From positions 1-56,407 of the IMG/VR virus record IMGVR_UViG_3300034407_000510: a stretch of DNA of 56,407 bases; one strand, given 5' to 3'. Source of the DNA: a virus. Lineage: Duplodnaviria > Caudoviricetes. Under the pieces are notes generated by a model. The model did not search any database, had not been told where the DNA came from, and was given only the letters and a program-made list of their open reading frames with translations. Positions within the stretch are counted from its first letter, which is position 1; every line of letters begins with the position of its first letter. A program made the translations under genes and the position numbers. Positions 52,728 to 56,407 of the stretch are shown here, in pieces.

Positions 52728-54002
52728 CTATGCAGCGTCAGTATAACTTGTATTTGATCCAGTTGCAACATTTGAATACGAGCCATTTGAGCCCGTAGTC
52801 TTATTAGAGTATGACGTATTTGATCCTGTAGCTTCATCAGAATACGACGTATTCGAGCCTGTTGTTGTATTACTATACGATGTATTTGAGCCGCTGTCAA
52901 TATTAGCATAATGTTGTATACCTAAAATACCTGTCGTTGAAGTAATTTCATCTGTAATCAATCCTTGAATAATATCTGCAATATCAAATGACCCTGTAGT
53001 AGATGTTGCTACTTGACTTGATAAACCAATTGACATTTCATCTGGAGATAATGATCCAACGGCAGATGTTGCTTCTACTCCAGTAACATCAATTAATTCA
53101 ACAGAGCCTATTTCAATACTTCCAACACCTGTTGTTGCAGAAACACCTGTTATTTCTGCTGGACCAAATTCTAAACCTAATGTGCCAACACCTGAAGTAG
53201 CAGCTATTCCTGATATTGCAGCTGGACCAAATTCTAAACCTAATGTGCCTTGACCTACTGTTGCTTCTTGACCAGTAATATCTGGAGTTGAATCAAGTTG
53301 AATAGTTGTAGATCCAACACTTGTTGTAATCTCTTGACCAGATAATCCAACAACATCAGCAGGAGCTATTGATCCAACACTAGCTGTTGCATCCACACCA
53401 ACTAAACCAATAACTTGATTTGGAGACTCACCCCAACTTAAATCACCCCATTCATCTCTACCCCAACCAACTAAAGTTCCTGTGTAAGATAAAGTAGGTG
53501 TTGCAAAATCAGACTGCACACCTGTTAACGGTACACCTATTTCACCTATAATTGTTGGAGAGCCAACGCTTGTTGTCATAGAGTGATTTGCACCAATCAT
53601 CTCTAAAAGATATGTGACTCCCATGGTAATAGAACCAGGAGAAGCGGTTGCTTCTTGACCGCTTAGTTCATATGTAAATTCTAATGTAGGTGAACCAACA
53701 TTAGATGTTGATTCTAATCCAGTAGGAATATCTGTATAATCTACTTGTACAGAAAGATCACCAACGCTTGCTGTTGCTTCTTGACCAGAAAGAAAAACAT
53801 TTGAAGTTAAATCAAAAGAAAAAGATCCAACATTTGTTGTTACAGATTGACCATCGAGTGTAATTGTTTGATCAGAAAGATCTCCCCAACCACCTTCACC
53901 ATTCCAAGATTGTGCACCCCAACCTGTTTTTAAAGTTGTGGCATCACTCCAATTAGCCTGTCCCCAGGTTAACCGGCCCCATCCTGAAGTAACGTCGGGC
54001 AC
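52728..54002 (-). CDS. Acidic repetitive structural protein
   Basis: GWG..xWG repeats, LSGQEATASVG repeats, C-terminal TGSNTSYS repeats. Confidence 0.7.
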   Translation of the reverse strand: MPDVTSGWGRLTWGQANWSDATTLKTGWGAQSWNGEGGWGDLSDQTITLDGQSVTTNVGSFSFDLTSNVFLSGQEATASVGDLSVQVDYTDIPTGLESTSNVGSPTLEFTYELSGQEATASPGSITMGVTYLLEMIGANHSMTTSVGSPTIIGEIGVPLTGVQSDFATPTLSYTGTLVGWGRDEWGDLSWGESPNQVIGLVGVDATASVGSIAPADVVGLSGQEITTSVGSTTIQLDSTPDITGQEATVGQGTLGLEFGPAAISGIAATSGVGTLGLEFGPAEITGVSATTGVGSIEIGSVELIDVTGVEATSAVGSLSPDEMSIGLSSQVATSTTGSFDIADIIQGLITDEITSTTGILGIQHYANIDSGSNTSYSNTTTGSNTSYSDEATGSNTSYSNKTTGSNGSYSNVATGSNTSYTDAA

Positions 54003-54012
54003 TTGACCCTCC

Positions 54013-54450
54013 TTACGCTATACGAATGATTGCGTTGCTTGCGTCTGCTGTTGGAAATTGAATTGTAAATGTTCCACTAGATACTGTTTTGTCACCACCG
54101 AAAGCGATAACAGCAACAGCTTTGTCAGATTGTGTATCGTTATAAATTAATGCACCATTTGCTGTAAAAGAAGCAGATGTAAAACTTACGTCTGCAAAAT
54201 CACAGAATGCAGTTGTTCCAGAAGTTGTTGGAGTAACACTTGTTAATGTTGCACCACCTGCAGAATATGCAGATCCTGATGTATTTGTAATTTCTTCTGA
54301 AGTTGAATATGCAGTTGTGCCTGCACCTAAACTAGCATCACTATCATATAATGCTATTTTAAAAGTATTACCACTTGAAGCAGTAAAATTATGCGTGCCT
54401 ACTAAAATTTCTTGTTTGAAACTTGTACAAATTGCCGATGATATTGCCAT
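54013..54450 (-). CDS. Virion structural protein
   Basis: SFKQEIL.G.HNF, FKIALY, GALIYN, GTFTIQFP. Confidence 0.75.
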   Translation of the reverse strand: MAISSAICTSFKQEILVGTHNFTASSGNTFKIALYDSDASLGAGTTAYSTSEEITNTSGSAYSAGGATLTSVTPTTSGTTAFCDFADVSFTSASFTANGALIYNDTQSDKAVAVIAFGGDKTVSSGTFTIQFPTADASNAIIRIA

Positions 54451-54460
54451 AATTTATCTC

Positions 54461-55165
54461 CTATGGGTTTGCCGAGGTTACTGGGATACGAACAGCGCCA
54501 TCAGTGTAGTCATCTCTTCGTCTTCTACCAACTTGCTCGTTAGCAAACTTCTGTACCTCTTGTTTATACTTATTTTCGTATAGTGTCAACATGTCTATCG
54601 GACCTTTTAAAAATCCATATGCTTCTGATAGACAGCAATATAAAAGACCATTTGGAAAGTTAAGACTAATATAATTAGTGCCATCCCCCTCTAATAATGC
54701 TGGTGCTGCATTATAATGAACTCTAAATGAGTAAGTTTGATCAGGGACTGGAGCAAACATCATTCTTCCAGATGTAGTGTCAGATTCTCCTGTAGCTCCG
54801 CCAAACATAGCATAATATTTAGGTTGACCTCTTTTAGCTGATTCTGTTGAAGACACATATTCTTGTAAATATGTAACATCTTTTTTCTCTAACCAGACAT
54901 TCGCACCTGTTGTAGCTGATGTTGAATCATATACTTGTATACCTCTTATAAAAACTGCTCCTGCTGGAGCGTTAATTGTTTCTTGACCAACAACTAAATT
55001 ACCTGTCTGTTGTTTTCTATCTGCATCAATTGGCACATCTCTAAAAATTCTGTATTGTGCGTTTAATATAATATTCTCTAAAACAGAATCTGATAATACA
55101 GTAGAGTCTGTTTCAGTGTAACTTCTTATTTGTGTTTTTAATCCTGATGCACTTAATCCAGCCAT
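54461..55165 (-). CDS. Head-tail adaptor / tail tubular A-like protein
   Basis: GQPKYYA, APVPDQTY, LLYCCLSEAYGFLKG. Confidence 0.7.
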   Translation of the reverse strand: MAGLSASGLKTQIRSYTETDSTVLSDSVLENIILNAQYRIFRDVPIDADRKQQTGNLVVGQETINAPAGAVFIRGIQVYDSTSATTGANVWLEKKDVTYLQEYVSSTESAKRGQPKYYAMFGGATGESDTTSGRMMFAPVPDQTYSFRVHYNAAPALLEGDGTNYISLNFPNGLLYCCLSEAYGFLKGPIDMLTLYENKYKQEVQKFANEQVGRRRRDDYTDGAVRIPVTSANP

Positions 55166-55302
55166 TATTCAGATTCCTTTTTATGTTTTCTATTGATCTT
55201 ATCTACTTTGTGACTTTTAACTTCTTCATACAAAGCAAGATGTGGGTCTTGTTTTTCTGGTACAAAAAAATTTTTAATCCAATTCCAAATTTTATTTATC
55301 AT
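55165..55302 (-). CDS. Small hypothetical protein (45 aa)
   Basis: ATGA and TAATG coupling; MINKIWNWIKNFF amphipathic start. Confidence 0.6.
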   Translation of the reverse strand: MINKIWNWIKNFFVPEKQDPHLALYEEVKSHKVDKINRKHKKESE

Positions 55303-55889
55303 GCTTCAATAGTTACGGGTCCAACAGAACAACCGTAGCCTCCTCCTTTTATATCACCACTTGTAGCAGTATTTGTGTCAACTGTAAAAAAGAAAAAATT
55401 ACTAGTTGTGTAGTCACTTGATGCATCTCTAGCTCCACTTTTATACCGGCCTGTTCTTATTGTATATCCTGCAGCTTTTGCAATATTAGATCCTAATATG
55501 CCATCAAAATCCTCTGGATTAGCATAAACAAAACTACCTGTACCTGCAGAAGTAGTTGGTGGTCCTCTAAATCTATATGTAGTATTATCTGTTAATCCAT
55601 GACCAGGTGAAAATACATTTATAATACCTGATCCTGCTTGATAAGTTTCAAAACCATTGTCTGGTATCCTAACAGTTGTAGCAGGTTCAGTTCTATCTGT
55701 TCTTACATGTAGTAATGCAATACCATCTGCTCCATTTGGTTTAGGTTCTAATTGTGGTTGCTTTGGTTCGTATTCTGAAACATGTACAAACGCACCATTC
55801 CATTCTCTAACCATTTCTCTGTATGGAAATTCCATACCAGATCTATCAGAGATTGCTTTTGCGTATTTACCTGTTGCGTACTTTCCCAT
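55299..55889 (-). CDS. Virion-associated protein
   Basis: AKAISDRSGMEFPY...EPKQPQL; TAATG coupling. Confidence 0.7.
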   Translation of the reverse strand: MGKYATGKYAKAISDRSGMEFPYREMVREWNGAFVHVSEYEPKQPQLEPKPNGADGIALLHVRTDRTEPATTVRIPDNGFETYQAGSGIINVFSPGHGLTDNTTYRFRGPPTTSAGTGSFVYANPEDFDGILGSNIAKAAGYTIRTGRYKSGARDASSDYTTSNFFFFTVDTNTATSGDIKGGGYGCSVGPVTIEA

Positions 55890-56407
55890 TATGTTCCTGG
55901 ATAATAAGTTTTAGGTGTTATATGAGTGCTAGCAGCAGAACCATCTTCCGCTAACGCTCTTGCTAATTCATCTTCGTAATAAAGTTTCATAGCCTGCACC
56001 ATTTGAGGTTGGTATTTTTGTGCAAGATAAAATGCTAAACCTGAAACCATACAAGGCACAAATCTAAATGGTATATCAGTTGCATTTGTATAATCACCAA
56101 TATCTTGAATTCTTTTTATATAATAAAAATGCATATCTTTAGATGCATTTGTTGAATCTGGTGTTGGGTAAACGTGTACTCTTACTTTATCAATAAATCT
56201 TTCAACCCAATATTGATTAGGTGTGCCTTTTGATAATTTATTTGAAAATCCTGCATAAGTTGATCTATCAACTTTTGTCATCGGACTATCTGATTGAGTT
56301 GTTTGTGTTCTATTAGATCTTAATTGTGCTTCAAGGACATCAGATATTCCATACACACCATTTGGTGTAGAAGTAGCACTTGTGCCATCACCACTTGATC
56401 TAAAAAA
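55889..56407 (-). CDS. Second adaptor / tail tubular A-like protein, 5'-truncated by the window end
   Basis: GTPNQYW, VYPTPD, PFRFVPCMVSGLAFYLA; the frame stays open to the window edge. Confidence 0.7.
   Translation of the reverse strand, partial: FFRSSGDGTSATSTPNGVYGISDVLEAQLRSNRTQTTQSDSPMTKVDRSTYAGFSNKLSKGTPNQYWVERFIDKVRVHVYPTPDSTNASKDMHFYYIKRIQDIGDYTNATDIPFRFVPCMVSGLAFYLAQKYQPQMVQAMKLYYEDELARALAEDGSAASTHITPKTYYPGT

Noticed and set aside
52735-52895. 30-nt periodic repeat (TGSNTSYS) as a noncoding array
   Set aside because: In-frame peptide repeat with synonymous variation at the end of a structural gene.

Overview
About 56 kb of an AT-rich tailed dsDNA phage genome with a podovirus-like gene set. 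It is probably a marine SAR11/Pelagibacter phage resembling the HTVC023P/HTVC027P group; this assignment is inferred from gene content and was not searched. Almost all genes are on the minus strand. Layout: head and packaging genes at 1-10337 (scaffold, GroES, small basic proteins, holin, portal, two GG-motif modular proteins, TerL); an early/control region at 10340-15750 (DUF3846, a 320-aa unknown, a promoter-driven hairpin-array ncRNA candidate, CAAGCNN heptamer arrays flanking a Gp88-like gene, a VRR-NUC-like nuclease, TerS, an origin-like iteron locus); replication and accessory genes at 15759-31974 (exonuclease, ParB-like, LAGLIDADG, a secreted/membrane cluster, PolA-Leu762, UvrD-like helicase, primase, SSB, SNF2 helicase); and lysis, ejection and tail genes at 31971-56407 (M15 endolysin, internal virion proteins, four 2OG-Fe(II) oxygenases, a sulfotransferase, three Kelch-like propeller proteins). 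No tRNA, CRISPR array, integrase or reverse transcriptase was seen. The most interesting signals are: (1) a ~410-nt noncoding hairpin array whose repeated stems covary and carry unique 26-30 nt loops; (2) a recurring x-x-G-G(R) linker motif found mainly in predicted capsid-internal proteins, identical at DNA level in places and directly preceding a cryptic twin-arginine signal; (3) CAAGC-NN heptamer arrays bracketing the gp88 cassette. All product calls come from motif recognition by eye; no database searches were run.
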